Below, piece after piece: positions 34,959 through 44,924 of a DNA stretch of 64,000 nucleotides. Below the pieces are notes generated by a model. That model did no database searches, had not been told where the DNA came from, and saw only the letters and a program-made list of their open reading frames with translations. The first letter of the stretch is position 1. Each line of letters begins with the position of its first letter. The stretch lies in NCBI GenBank assembly GCA_964353885.1, contig CAYGXO010000063.1:14389-78388 (forward strand). Reading direction: 5' to 3'. This DNA comes from an uncultured Spirochaetaceae bacterium (GTDB lineage: Bacteria; Spirochaetota; Spirochaetia; SZUA-6; Fen-1364). The translations under genes and the position numbers were made by a program.

Positions 34959-36916
34959 TTCAGCTCCTCGGCATAGATGGCGCCCGCGTAGCGGAAAACG
35001 AGGTAGCGCTTCCCCCCGAGCGAGTGAAGGCCATCCGGCGTCGCGTCGTCCAGTCCGGCTCCCTGGGCTGGGGATCCGATCCACGTCAGGCCCCGCTCGG
35101 GCGCCGCGCCCACCGGCACTGGCCTTCCCGATCGGCGGACCTCGACGATCCGCCCAGCGCGGAAGACCACGGTCAGGTCGAACACCCCGTCGAGCGATGT
35201 GCAGAACTCCCGGATCTCCGCGCCGCCGGGACCCTCGGAGGCGCGGCTGTCGTCCTTCCCGTCCTCGTTGTAGTCCCAGAGCCGCACGGGCGAGACGCCG
35301 AAAACCTCGGTATAATCGGCGACGCCGCTGCCGTCCGTGTCCACGGCGCTCTTCCAGAGCTTCCCGTTCCGATAGACTTCCGTCGCCTCGAAGATGCCGT
35401 CGCCGGTGAGGTCGCGGGCGCCTCGCGCAGGGGAGCCGTTCTCGTACCAGACCCTGTGATCGAGCCGGCCGTCCCCGTCCAGGTCCTCCTCCACGAACGT
35501 CGTCGCCCCCTTCACGCTGTCAATGCGGCGCACGAGCGCTCCGCCGTCGACCGAGCGCTCCTCCACGCGCCAAGCCGCTTCGGCGAGCCGCTCACGGGTC
35601 GGCAGCGTCGGACGCAGGAGGGGGCGCGGCACCATTCCAGGGGTTGCGGGAGCCCCCGCGCGCCCGGCATCCAGGAACGGCGCGGCGAGGGTGTACGGGA
35701 CGAGCAGCAAAGTGCGGGCGAGCCCTGCCGAGTTTTCGCTCACGGAGTCGAGCGCGGGATAGCGGCTGTATCGGTACATGAGCGGCGAGCCGGCGTCGAG
35801 CTCGACGCTGAGAGCGGCGGGTGAACCCCGCTGGAAGTCAGCCGCGAGCTCGGGCACGCCGTCCTGGTCGCGGTCTCGCACCCACCGCGTCACGGTCCCG
35901 TCAGAAAGTTCCCACCTCTCCTCGTAGAAGCCATCGCCGTCGCCATCGAGATCGCGGAAACCCGAATACCGGGCAAGCGCCCCGGCGAGGCTCGCCGAGA
36001 GATCCTTCCTCCCCGCGGTCGCCCGCGAGGCCCTCATCGCGATATCGACGCTTGCGAGCCCGCCGCGCTCGACAACGAGGGCGAGGTATCTGCCGGCGTC
36101 CTTGGGCTTCGCCTCCAGGGCGAGCAGAGGCGCAAGAGGATCGGCTCCCCCCTTCGACAGGTAGAGCTCGACGGCTCGGAGGCGCAGAGCGATCTTTGTT
36201 TCTAGCTCAGCGGCGCGCAGGAGCAGCGCGAGGCTGTCGGGCATCTCCTTCAGCGCCGTGGCGACCACTGTCTTTGCGGCGGCGGCCTTTTCCGCCTTGT
36301 CGAGGGAGCGGGAGAGAAGGAGGGGGAACTGCTCGACCCCTGGGAAGCGGAGAACGCCGTCGGCGAATGCCCGCTGCGCAAGCGCGGCTGCCCCCTGTTT
36401 TTCCCGCAAGCGGGCGAGCAGAAGAAGGGAACTGTACTCCTCGGTCTTCTCCCGCGACAGCCTCTCGATGAGGGGCTGGGCTTCCGCAAGCGCGCTTGTG
36501 CGGAGCAGGACTTCGGCGAGCGCAAGGTCGGCCTCTCCTGGATCCGTCCGCCTCCAGCTCGCGGATGCGACGGCCCTGCTCAGGTCCCCCCGGACTGCGC
36601 GGGTCCTCGCCCGGTCGCCGGCATCGACTCTCGCCCGCATGTACAGCGCCTCCGAGTATTCGGGTGCGAGGGCGAGCGCCGTCTCGGTCAGGCTCCGTGC
36701 GCTCTCGCTGCTCCCGGCTTCGAGCGCACGGCGAGCCTCCGCGAGATACGCATCAGCCTGCGTTGAGGCTGCATCGGAAGTTTGTGCGAAAACCGGCGCA
36801 GCCGCCAGCAGGCCAGCCATGACGATGGCCGCGGCATGCCGGAGGCGTCGTTGGAAGCTCACCTTTCCTAGTATAGGAAACGAGCGGGTCGGGTGCCAAT
36901 GCGCCGGGTTAGGCAT
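34955..36916 (-). CDS. Secreted protein with N-terminal TPR-like helices and six DxDxDG calcium-binding-type repeats
   Basis: Signal peptide ...LLAAAPVFAQ. Repeats: DLDGDGDGF, DRDQDGVPE, DLDGDGRLD, DLTGDGIFE, DTDGSGVAD, DYNEDGKDD. ATGA overlap with the htrA start. Confidence 0.6.
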   Translation of the reverse strand: MPNPAHWHPTRSFPILGKVSFQRRLRHAAAIVMAGLLAAAPVFAQTSDAASTQADAYLAEARRALEAGSSESARSLTETALALAPEYSEALYMRARVDAGDRARTRAVRGDLSRAVASASWRRTDPGEADLALAEVLLRTSALAEAQPLIERLSREKTEEYSSLLLLARLREKQGAAALAQRAFADGVLRFPGVEQFPLLLSRSLDKAEKAAAAKTVVATALKEMPDSLALLLRAAELETKIALRLRAVELYLSKGGADPLAPLLALEAKPKDAGRYLALVVERGGLASVDIAMRASRATAGRKDLSASLAGALARYSGFRDLDGDGDGFYEERWELSDGTVTRWVRDRDQDGVPELAADFQRGSPAALSVELDAGSPLMYRYSRYPALDSVSENSAGLARTLLLVPYTLAAPFLDAGRAGAPATPGMVPRPLLRPTLPTRERLAEAAWRVEERSVDGGALVRRIDSVKGATTFVEEDLDGDGRLDHRVWYENGSPARGARDLTGDGIFEATEVYRNGKLWKSAVDTDGSGVADYTEVFGVSPVRLWDYNEDGKDDSRASEGPGGAEIREFCTSLDGVFDLTVVFRAGRIVEVRRSGRPVPVGAAPERGLTWIGSPAQGAGLDDATPDGLHSLGGKRYLVFRYAGAIYAEELK

Positions 36917-38780
36917 CCCGCTTGCGGGGCTCGAGGCCGATGAGAGCCCTGATCTCGTCGTCGTCCATGTTCTCCTTGGTGATGAGCGTCTCGGAGAGCA
37001 GGAGAAGCTTGTCCTTCTGCTCTGTGAGGATGCGCATCGCTTCGGCGAGAGCCGCCTCGACGATCTTCTTGATCTCAGTGTCGATGGACCGTGCCGTCTC
37101 CTCGGAGTAGTCCTTATGACGCGCGATCTCCTTGCCGAGGAAGATCGGCTCCTCCTTCTGACCGTACGCGACGGGTCCGAGAGGTTCGCTCATCCCCCAC
37201 TCGCACACCATTTTCCGCGCGATTTCCGTGGCCTGTTCGAGGTCGTTCGCCGCACCCGTCGTCGTTTCATGGTAGACGAGCTTCTCCGCGGCATAGCCGC
37301 CCATGGCGATCGTGATCCTGTCCAGCAGCCAGCCCTTGTTGCGGGAATACGCATCGTCCTCGGGCAGCGAAAAAGCGATGCCCAGGGCTCGACCGTGGGG
37401 GATGATCGTGATCTTGTGGAGCGGATCAGCGTTTTTCAGGAAGTAGTGCAGCAGGCCGTGGCCGGCCTCGTGGCAGGCCACCATCTTTTTCTCCTTCGGA
37501 GGGATGATCTTCGACTTGCGGGCGACTCCCATGAGCGTCTTGTCCCGCGCCTCCTCGAAATCGGCCATGTCCACCTTGTCTTTGCTCGTGCGCCCTGCGA
37601 AAAGGGCCGCCTCGTTCACGAGATTGGCGAGATCGGCTCCCGAGGAGCCCGGCGTCGCCCGGGCGAGCCGGGAGAGGTCGACATCGTCGGAGAGGGGGAG
37701 CTTGCGCGCGTGCAGCCGCAGGATGAGCTCCCGCTCCCTGATATCCGGCATGTCCACGACGACCTGCCTGTCGAAGCGGCCGGGACGCAGGAGGGCGGGA
37801 TCGAGGACGTCGGGCCTGTTGGTGGCCGCGAGGATGATGACCCCGTCCTTGGTGTCGAACCCGTCCATCTCGACCAGCATCTGGTTGAGGGTCTGCTCCC
37901 GCTCGTCGTGGCCGCCGCCGTAGCCGGCCCCGCGGGTGCGGCCGACGGCGTCCAGCTCATCGATGAAGAGGATGCACGGCGCATGGCGACGGCCCTGCTC
38001 GAAGAGGTCTCGCACCCTGCTCGCCCCTACACCGACGAACATCTCGACGAAATCCGAACCGGACATATGGAAGAAGGCGACGTTCGCCTCGCCCGCGATG
38101 GCCTTCGCGAGGAGCGTTTTGCCGGTTCCCGGCATGCCGACGAGGAGCACGCCCTTCGGGATCTTCGCTCCCAGCCGCGAGAACTTCTGCGGGCTCTTCA
38201 GGAACTCGACGACCTCCTGCAGCTCGTACTTCGCCTCTTCCTGGCCAGCGACGTCTGTGAACGTGATGCGCCTGCTCGAATCGAGATAGCGCTTGGCCTT
38301 GCTCTTGCCGAACGAGAAGGCCTTGTTGCCGTTGCCCTGGACCTGGCGGAACATGAACCAGATGAAGAAGAATCCTATGACCCATGGAAGGAATTCGATG
38401 ATCACACGCAGCGGCGAGACGGCCTTGGCCCCGCCCGAGACGTTCACGCCCTTCTCGCGCAGGCTCTTCATCAGGTCGGGGTCGGGGTACGGGATCGTGG
38501 TCTTGAAGCTTGTGGCCTCCCCGGACTTGTTCCTGATCCTCCCCTGGATCTCGTACTGGTCGACGATCGTGACCGTGTCGATCATGCCCTCGGTGAGGTA
38601 GTTCTGGAACGCCGAGTAGGGCAGGTCCTGCGCCAGACCGCGGTTGTTGGACACGAAGAACACGATGAAGAATCCGAACACGACGAGGAGCATGATCAGC
38701 GCGATGCGATTGTTGAAATTGAACCGGGGAACCCGCGGCTCTTTGCCCTTGTCGTCGCGATTCTCAGAATTGTTGCTCAC
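36909..38780 (-). CDS. ftsH: ATP-dependent zinc metalloprotease FtsH
   Basis: [36 protein letters not shown]. Confidence 0.95.
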   Translation of the reverse strand: MSNNSENRDDKGKEPRVPRFNFNNRIALIMLLVVFGFFIVFFVSNNRGLAQDLPYSAFQNYLTEGMIDTVTIVDQYEIQGRIRNKSGEATSFKTTIPYPDPDLMKSLREKGVNVSGGAKAVSPLRVIIEFLPWVIGFFFIWFMFRQVQGNGNKAFSFGKSKAKRYLDSSRRITFTDVAGQEEAKYELQEVVEFLKSPQKFSRLGAKIPKGVLLVGMPGTGKTLLAKAIAGEANVAFFHMSGSDFVEMFVGVGASRVRDLFEQGRRHAPCILFIDELDAVGRTRGAGYGGGHDEREQTLNQMLVEMDGFDTKDGVIILAATNRPDVLDPALLRPGRFDRQVVVDMPDIRERELILRLHARKLPLSDDVDLSRLARATPGSSGADLANLVNEAALFAGRTSKDKVDMADFEEARDKTLMGVARKSKIIPPKEKKMVACHEAGHGLLHYFLKNADPLHKITIIPHGRALGIAFSLPEDDAYSRNKGWLLDRITIAMGGYAAEKLVYHETTTGAANDLEQATEIARKMVCEWGMSEPLGPVAYGQKEEPIFLGKEIARHKDYSEETARSIDTEIKKIVEAALAEAMRILTEQKDKLLLLSETLITKENMDDDEIRALIGLEPRKRDA

Positions 38781-40260
38781 TCGTCCCTTCCCTGTCCTTC
38801 CGGGTGCGGATCTCGAGCACGGCCTCGCCGCGCCGCGGCGCCGCCGTCGCCTTCCGCGCCAGCGTCCGGTAGCCCAGGGCCCGACCGAGCACCGCCAGCA
38901 CGCCGCTCCTGTCCGCGAGGATCGGCACCTTCCACCGGTCCCCCTCGGGGACCCTCCAATCCGTCAACACAGCTTTCAGGGTCTTCGTCCCCTGCTCGAG
39001 AACGAGACGGTCTCCCTTTCGCCTCGATCGCAGAACAAGGGGGGGAACAATCTCGCGTTCGAGTATCGACGCGTCGGTGTCCGGAGAACAGCCGTCCTCC
39101 TCCGCGTTCACCGCCCGGCGGGTGATCCGCACGAGTAGCCCCGTTGGTCGGATCCGCAGATCGCAGCTGCCGGTACCGTTTGCTTCCATAAGATAACTAC
39201 TTTTTCCCCCCCTGACAATATCGGCTTCCCAGACCAGACGGCCGCCGCGAACCCCGAGACGCACCCCGTGGCCCCTCACAATCGTCGCGGATCCCGCGGG
39301 AGGGTGGTCCCGCCCCAGAGCGGGCAGCAGAAAGCGGTAGGGCAGCCTCCGCGGAGACGACGATCCGCGCAGGGCATCCGAGAGTCTGAGGAGCGAGAAG
39401 GAGCGCACGGCGGAAGGGAGTGAGAAGAAAAGATCGACTGGAATCGAGAAACCCTTCGCCGTCCGTTTCCAGGGAATCGCCCTCGCATGCTCCCGCAGCA
39501 TGTCCGTGACGAGAGCGCTCTTGCGGGCGAGCGCCAGCAGCCCGGTTTTGAACCCGGGGAATCGCTCGGAGAGAAGGGGGATGAGCAGCCCGCGGATGCG
39601 GTTCCTGAGCATCGCGGGGTCGACGTTCGTGAGGTCCGTCCGGTGGCTCAGAGAGCGCGAATGGAGGTACGAGAGGACGTCGGAACGAGTGAGGGACAGC
39701 AAGGGTCGAACGATCGGCCCCCTGCGCAGGGGAATTCCCCGCAGGCCGGCCGCGTCGGATCCCTGCAGGACCCGCATGAGGATCGTCTCGACGCAGTCGT
39801 CCTGCGTGTGCCCCAGGGCGATGGTCCGGACGCCAAGGCCCTCCGCGCGGACGGCGAGCTCGCGCAGGCGCGCCTCGCGCGCGACCTCTTCGAGGCTCCG
39901 TTTCGAGGCACGGGCCCGGCGGGCGCATTCCCCTTCGGGGATCCGCGCGACATCGAGGGGGACATCGAACGAGGCGCACAGATCCCGCACGAAAGAGATG
40001 TCCGCCTCGATCTGGGCGCGCTCTCTGATGCCGTGATCGACGATGCACGCGCGCAGGGCGAGCCGACGAGCGACGCGAAGCTCGACGAGCGCGGCCAGGA
40101 GGGCTGTCGAATCCGGCCCGCCCGATACACCGACCAGGAGCGTCGAGCCGTCGGGCACGCCCGCGGCCGTGAGGGCCGCATCGACGGCGCGCACGACGCC
40201 CTGGCGCCCTCGGCGCTCCTGGCGCCTTTCAATCGGTCGGTTCCTTCCTGTTGTGCTCAT
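38764..40260 (-). CDS. tilS: tRNA(Ile)-lysidine synthase
   Basis: PP-loop LVGVSGGPDSTALL. LALGHTQDDCVETILMRVLQGS. Classic tilS-ftsH adjacency. Confidence 0.85.
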   Translation of the reverse strand: MSTTGRNRPIERRQERRGRQGVVRAVDAALTAAGVPDGSTLLVGVSGGPDSTALLAALVELRVARRLALRACIVDHGIRERAQIEADISFVRDLCASFDVPLDVARIPEGECARRARASKRSLEEVAREARLRELAVRAEGLGVRTIALGHTQDDCVETILMRVLQGSDAAGLRGIPLRRGPIVRPLLSLTRSDVLSYLHSRSLSHRTDLTNVDPAMLRNRIRGLLIPLLSERFPGFKTGLLALARKSALVTDMLREHARAIPWKRTAKGFSIPVDLFFSLPSAVRSFSLLRLSDALRGSSSPRRLPYRFLLPALGRDHPPAGSATIVRGHGVRLGVRGGRLVWEADIVRGGKSSYLMEANGTGSCDLRIRPTGLLVRITRRAVNAEEDGCSPDTDASILEREIVPPLVLRSRRKGDRLVLEQGTKTLKAVLTDWRVPEGDRWKVPILADRSGVLAVLGRALGYRTLARKATAAPRRGEAVLEIRTRKDREGTSEQQF

Positions 40261-40801
40261 TCATGACCCTGGCTGGTCCGTCGGAAAGAAGGAGGAAGAC
40301 CGCCTCGACCGCCTTCTCGACGCCTCGATGAAACTCAACTTCCTCTCCCACGGGCGGCCTCGACAGCACGTACGGGACGACCTGCCCCTTGTGCGCCGGC
40401 CTCCCGATGCCGATGGCGAGGCGCATGAAATCCTGGGTCCCCAGCGTCTGGATGATCGATTCCAGGCCCTTCTGCCCGCCCGAGGAGCCTCTGAGTCGGA
40501 GCCTGCAGCTGCCGGGAGCGAGGTCGAGGGAATCGCACACCACGAGCATGTCCGAGACTGTGTGCTCGGTCTCGCGCAGGACCTCGCGAACGACGCGGCC
40601 GGAGTTGTTCATGAACGTGAGAGGCTTGACGAGGTGAAAGCTGCGCCCGACCCGGGAACCTTTGCCGATGAGGTACGCGTGGAACAGCTTCTTTCGAAAC
40701 GAGACGCCCGCGCGCTCGGCAAGCGCATCCGCCGCCATGAAGCCCGCATTGTGACGCGTCTGCGCGTACCTCTCGCCTGGGTTCCCGAGCCCGAATACCA
40801 C
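40229..40801 (-). CDS. pth: Peptidyl-tRNA hydrolase
   Basis: MVFGLGNPGERYAQTRHNAGF...GGQKGLESI. Confidence 0.9.
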   Translation of the reverse strand: MVFGLGNPGERYAQTRHNAGFMAADALAERAGVSFRKKLFHAYLIGKGSRVGRSFHLVKPLTFMNNSGRVVREVLRETEHTVSDMLVVCDSLDLAPGSCRLRLRGSSGGQKGLESIIQTLGTQDFMRLAIGIGRPAHKGQVVPYVLSRPPVGEEVEFHRGVEKAVEAVFLLLSDGPARVMNEHNRKEPTD

Positions 40802-40813
40802 GAGGGACAGGAA

Positions 40814-41470
40814 CTACTCCTCTTTCTCCTCTTCGCCCTCTTCGGTCTTCTCGCCCTCCACGGCGGCCTCGCCTTCTGCGGGCACCTCACCCTCCACGAC
40901 GGCAGGAGCGACCTCCTCCTCGGCCTTGCGGTGAGCAACGAGACAGACGACCTGGTCGAGCGACTGCATCGAGCGCACGCCCTCGGGCAAGCTCATGTCC
41001 TTCACGTGCAGGGCGCGGTCGAGAGCGAGCTCGGAGATGTCCAGCGCCAGCTCCTCGGGCATATCTTTCGGAAGACACTCGACTTCCAGCTCACGCAGGA
41101 GGACCTCGAGGATCCCGCCCTCCTTCACGCCGACGGGGTTCCCGGTGAGACGGATGGGGACGCGCGTGCGCAGGGCCTTGCCCTTCTCGAACTCATAGAA
41201 ATCGATATGGAGGATCTCGCCGGTCAGGTTGTCCTTCTGGTAGTCCTTCACGAGGACCTCGTGGGTGCCCTCGGGCATCAGCAGCTGGACGACCGTATTC
41301 TCGGTGATCCTCTTGAACGCGCCTCGAAACTCGCGGGCGTCAACGGTGATCGCGGTTGACTCGGTGTGGCCGTAGATGACGGCGGGTATCTTGCCGGTGC
41401 GGCGCAGGCGGCCGGCCATCCCCTTCTTCCTTCCCTCGCGGGCCTGCACGTTCAAGATCTTGGGTTCCAT
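40814..41470 (-). CDS. rplY: 50S ribosomal protein L25 (Ctc form)
   Basis: RRTGKIPAVIYG...DNLTGEILHIDFYE, with an acidic C-terminal tail. Confidence 0.9.
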   Translation of the reverse strand: MEPKILNVQAREGRKKGMAGRLRRTGKIPAVIYGHTESTAITVDAREFRGAFKRITENTVVQLLMPEGTHEVLVKDYQKDNLTGEILHIDFYEFEKGKALRTRVPIRLTGNPVGVKEGGILEVLLRELEVECLPKDMPEELALDISELALDRALHVKDMSLPEGVRSMQSLDQVVCLVAHRKAEEEVAPAVVEGEVPAEGEAAVEGEKTEEGEEEKEE

Positions 41471-41520
41471 TCAGTGACTCCTTCGATAAAAGCTGTCTCT
41501 CGTGAGGACGCTCTTGACTC

Positions 41521-41593
41521 CTGGGACGGCAGGATTCGAACCTGCGAAATGCCGGATCCAAATTCCGGTGGCTTACCGCTTGCCGACGTCCCA
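41521..41593 (-). tRNA. tRNA-Gln (anticodon UUG)
   Basis: TGGGACGTCGGCAAGCGGTAAGCCACCGGAATTTGGATCCGGCATTTCGCAGGTTCGAATCCTGCCGTCCCAG. It has a U1-A72 acceptor and closely parallels E. coli tRNA-Gln as I recall it. Confidence 0.9.
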
Positions 41594-41612
41594 AAGAACT
41601 CCCGGCCGCGGT

Positions 41613-41903
41613 CTACTCCGCCGCGCTGCGGTCGGGCATCTGCGAATCCTCCGTGTTCCTGTCGAACTCCTCGAGAATGCGCGCCTGGATCTTCCTGCGG
41701 AAGTCTGGATTGATGGGGTGCGCGATGTCCTTGAACTCCCCATCCCGCGTTTTCCTGCTCGGCATCGCGACGAACCGCCCGAACTGGCCATTGATGATCT
41801 TGAGATTGTGGACGACGAAACAATCGTCGAAGGTCACTGTGACGTACGCTCTGAGCTTGTTGTCAGATTCGACCTTCTTGATGCGAATATCCGTTATCTC
41901 CAT
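41613..41903 (-). CDS. spoVG: Septation protein SpoVG
   Basis: Start reassigned to MEITDIRIKKVESDNKLRAYVTVTFDDCFVVHNLKIINGQFGRFVAMPSRK. Confidence 0.9.
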   Translation of the reverse strand: MEITDIRIKKVESDNKLRAYVTVTFDDCFVVHNLKIINGQFGRFVAMPSRKTRDGEFKDIAHPINPDFRRKIQARILEEFDRNTEDSQMPDRSAAE

Positions 41904-41940
41904 GGGTGGCCTCCCATTGGCGAATCCGCATCGGTCTATT

Positions 41941-42888
41941 TTACCACACGGCGGGCAGAGAGGCAAGTGGGAGGAGAACGACGGCGCGCGCCCCGGCAGG
42001 CAGCCCCGCTCGGCCTCGCTTTCCGAGCGAGCGGACCGCTGCCTGCGCCCCGTCCCGATCGTGGAAGATTCCGATCACCGTCGAGCCGCTTCCCGTCAAG
42101 CGCGCGGCGACGGCTCCTTCCTCGAGAAGACGGTCTCGGAGAACGGCGATCGACGGGTGCCGGGCGAAGACCGGCTCGTCGAAGGAGTTCGAGAACCGCC
42201 AGCCCGTCACGGGGGACTCGGCGTACATCAGGATGAGCTCCTCGCGGGACATCCCGCGCCCCGGCCGCGGTTCCTCCGAGGCGCTGGAGGCGCCATCCGG
42301 GCCGGCGCCGGAGGCGCCCTTTGATTGCTCGTCTTTCCACTTGAAGGCAAGCGCCGTGTCGACGGCAACGGGGGGAAACAGCGCGACGATCGCGAAATCC
42401 GTCCTCGGCTGAACGGCGAGGACCCTCTCCCCCCTGCCTTCCACGACCGCCGCGGCGGTCCCGAGAAAGAAGGGAACATCGCTGCCGAGCGCGGCAGCCA
42501 TGACGCGCAATCGTTCGATCGGCAGCTCGCGGTCGAAGAGGACCTGAAGCCCGCGGAGCGCGGCCGCCGCGTCGCTGGAGCCCCCGCCCAGGCCTCCGCC
42601 GGCCGGGATTCGCTTCTCGACCGCCGCCTCGACGCCTCCGGTCAGACCGGTAGCGGATCTGAAAAGCTCCACCGCCTTCGCGATGAGGTTCTGGCGCGCT
42701 GGGATTTCGAACGCTCCCTTGATGCGGATCGAGCCGTCGGGGCCGCGCGCGCTGAGGCGCACGGTGTCAGCGAGGGATACGGCCTGGAACAGCGAGAGCA
42801 GGTCGTGGTACCCATCCTGCCGCTTTGCCAGGATCTCGAGATGCAGGTTCACCTTTGCCGGAGCCGTGACGCGGAGCTCTCGTCCCAT
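41941..42888 (-). CDS. ispE: 4-diphosphocytidyl-2-C-methyl-D-erythritol kinase
   Basis: APAKVNLHLEI...KRIPAGGGLGGGSSDAAA. Confidence 0.9.
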   Translation of the reverse strand: MGRELRVTAPAKVNLHLEILAKRQDGYHDLLSLFQAVSLADTVRLSARGPDGSIRIKGAFEIPARQNLIAKAVELFRSATGLTGGVEAAVEKRIPAGGGLGGGSSDAAAALRGLQVLFDRELPIERLRVMAAALGSDVPFFLGTAAAVVEGRGERVLAVQPRTDFAIVALFPPVAVDTALAFKWKDEQSKGASGAGPDGASSASEEPRPGRGMSREELILMYAESPVTGWRFSNSFDEPVFARHPSIAVLRDRLLEEGAVAARLTGSGSTVIGIFHDRDGAQAAVRSLGKRGRAGLPAGARAVVLLPLASLPAVW

Positions 42889-42979
42889 ACAGGGCGGGAT
42901 GGTAGCGGAGCCCCCCCGCGGGTGTCAAATAGGGGTCGCTGCCCTCCGCGCGCTTGCGGCGCGAATCGGAAAATACTAG

Positions 42980-43009
42980 TTGACAATTTCGAATTTCTGG
43001 TCGTAGATT
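42980..43009 (+). promoter_or_regulatory. Near-consensus promoter of the acidic-protein gene
   Basis: TTGACA-18 nt-TAGATT, then a 42-nt leader with SD GAGGTGA before ATG at 43052. Confidence 0.55.
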
Positions 43010-43051
43010 CAGCTAGAAGCACGGCTTCAAAGATCGCACGCGAGGTGAACT

Positions 43052-43411
43052 ATGGTGGAGGACATCAGAAGTACTCTCTCTGATTTCGGCGACGGATTGC
43101 TCTACTCGTTCGGCAAGGGGAAAGGAAAGAGCGAAGGGGAGACCCCCGGGGAGGAGGGAGAGGAGAACCTCGACGAGGAGTTTGACGATTACGAGGATGA
43201 CCTCGAGGAAGACTACGACGAAGAGGACATCAGCGAGGACGAAGAGGAAGAGGAGTTCGAAGAGGACACCGACGAAGACTTCGAGGACGAAGAGGAAGAA
43301 GAGGAGGAGTTGGAGGAAGAGGACGATGAGGAGCTCGACGAGGAGGACTTCCTCGACGAGGACGAATACGACATTGACGAAGACCTCGATTACGAAGATT
43401 TCGACGAGTAG
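43052..43411 (+). CDS. Hyper-acidic 119-aa protein (about 30-aa ordinary N-terminus followed by an almost pure D/E tract)
   Basis: It has its own promoter and SD. It is the only plus-strand gene in a 16-kb minus-strand block. Its 3' end overlaps the rsfS 3' end by 22 nt (convergent). Confidence 0.6.
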   Translation: MVEDIRSTLSDFGDGLLYSFGKGKGKSEGETPGEEGEENLDEEFDDYEDDLEEDYDEEDISEDEEEEEFEEDTDEDFEDEEEEEEELEEEDDEELDEEDFLDEDEYDIDEDLDYEDFDE

Positions 43412-43743
43412 GGAACCCGCTCGGCCCTGAACCACAGCCGCTCCAGATCGTAGAACTCCCGCTGCTCCCGCTCCATCAGGTGCACGACGAAATCACCGCA
43501 GTCCACCAGGAGCCAGCCCGACTCCTCCGCCTTCTTGTGTCTGTTCAAGGGATGGACGCCGCTCTCGCGCAGCAGGTGGAACAGCTCCCGCGCGAGACCC
43601 GCGAGGTGTGCGGAGCTGCGCGCCGTGGAGATGACGAAGTAGTCGGCGACCGATGAGACCCCCGCGATGTCGAGGACCACGGTGTCTTCGCCCTTGTGGG
43701 CGTCGACGCAACGGGCCGCCTCGAGCGCCGCTTCCCTACTCAC
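43390..43743 (-). CDS. rsfS: Ribosomal silencing factor RsfS (Iojap)
   Basis: KGEDTVVLDIAGVSSVADYFVISTARS...WLLVDCGDFVVHLM...REFYDLERLW. Confidence 0.85.
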   Translation of the reverse strand: MSREAALEAARCVDAHKGEDTVVLDIAGVSSVADYFVISTARSSAHLAGLARELFHLLRESGVHPLNRHKKAEESGWLLVDCGDFVVHLMEREQREFYDLERLWFRAERVPYSSKSS

Positions 43744-44924
43744 TTGCAGTACCTGCCATCGAAATCCTTCCCTAGAATGACGGTCACGTCCACGGCCTGA
43801 TCACCCTGCGGATCAAGCTGCGTTGCGACCCTCGTGCAGCGGATGAGCTCGGCGACGCGGCGGGCATCCTCGATCCTGCCCTTGCGGTCGTAGACCACGG
43901 TGGACTGGTACTGGTCGTTGTCCGCGTTGTTCGGGGCGAGGACCTCCATGTCGTAGCTCTGGAACACCTCGCGGGCTCGGTTGGCGAGCCCCGGCGTCGA
44001 GGTGCCGTTCAGGACCTGCACGGTGACGGTGAGATCCTCCGCGGGAATGAACTCGTTGCTCGCGTTGGCGGCGACCGCCTGCCGCACCGCCTCCAGGAGC
44101 AGCTCACCGTCCTGGTGCGGGAACAGCAGATCGCGTCCATCGACGGTGCGCGTGGCCCCCAGGACGCGGGCTTGGATGACGCGCTCTGAATCGTACCTGG
44201 CCAGCTCCGCGATCAGGGCGGCGAGAGCGCGCGGCGGGATGTTCGTCCGCACGAACGCGCGCACGAGGCGGAAGGGGCCGCGCTGGGCAAGCAGCTGCTT
44301 TTCCTCGCCCAGGGACTTCAGAAGCGACTGGACGAACTTTTGCTGCCTCCCGATCCTGTCGACCTCCGTCTCGAGAGGATCCTCATAGGAAAGGAAGTCG
44401 ACCGTCTTGTCTCCGTCCAGGGTCACGCTGCCCGACGGCAGAAGGATCCGACGTCCTTCCCGAGTAATGTCGACGGGATTGGGGATGAACAGGTCCAGGC
44501 CCCCGACCAGATCCACGAGTTTCACCGCGTCGGTCAGGGCGATGTCGAGGACGCAGTGGAGAGGCACTCCGAGAAGCCCCTCGATCGTCTTCTGCAGCGC
44601 CGCGGGGCTGCCCCGGCGGTACAGAGCGTCGATCCCGTCAACCTTGCGCAACCCCTCGATCACTCCCCCGAGATTCGCCGGCACGTAGTAGAGGGTGCCC
44701 TTGCGCGTCTCGGGATTGTAGAGAAAGATCTCGAAAAACAGGGCCTTTTCGCCTTCCGAGAGGATGATCAGAGTGTTGACCGGCTGCTTCTTTTTCAGCG
44801 CGTCGGTGATCCTGTCCACCCGAAGCTGCAACAACAACAAGACGGCGGTCGCCGCGATGACAAGGACGATCAAGACGAGGAGGATGACGCTCCTGTCCGC
44901 CTTCCTGCTTCTCCTCTCAAGCAT
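43740..44924 (-). CDS. LytR/CpsA/Psr-family protein with LytR_C domain
   Basis: Start reassigned to MLERRSRKADRSVILLVLIVLVIAATAV (TM anchor). C-terminal VTVQVLNGTSTPGLANRAREVF...TVVYD is LytR_C-like. Confidence 0.6.
   Translation of the reverse strand: MLERRSRKADRSVILLVLIVLVIAATAVLLLLQLRVDRITDALKKKQPVNTLIILSEGEKALFFEIFLYNPETRKGTLYYVPANLGGVIEGLRKVDGIDALYRRGSPAALQKTIEGLLGVPLHCVLDIALTDAVKLVDLVGGLDLFIPNPVDITREGRRILLPSGSVTLDGDKTVDFLSYEDPLETEVDRIGRQQKFVQSLLKSLGEEKQLLAQRGPFRLVRAFVRTNIPPRALAALIAELARYDSERVIQARVLGATRTVDGRDLLFPHQDGELLLEAVRQAVAANASNEFIPAEDLTVTVQVLNGTSTPGLANRAREVFQSYDMEVLAPNNADNDQYQSTVVYDRKGRIEDARRVAELIRCTRVATQLDPQGDQAVDVTVILGKDFDGRYCK

Noticed and set aside
36258-39125. 955-aa plus-strand ORF, the longest plus-strand ORF in the track
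   Set aside because: It lies entirely antisense to ftsH and tilS, which have unmistakable motifs. Its Arg/Ala/Pro/Ser-rich composition is typical of shadow frames in high-GC DNA.
43013-43435. 140-aa minus-strand ORF (Leu/Val/Phe-rich) opposite the acidic-protein gene
   Set aside because: It is the mirror image of a GAG/GAA/GAC-rich tract. The plus strand has a consensus promoter and SD, and the minus frame has neither.
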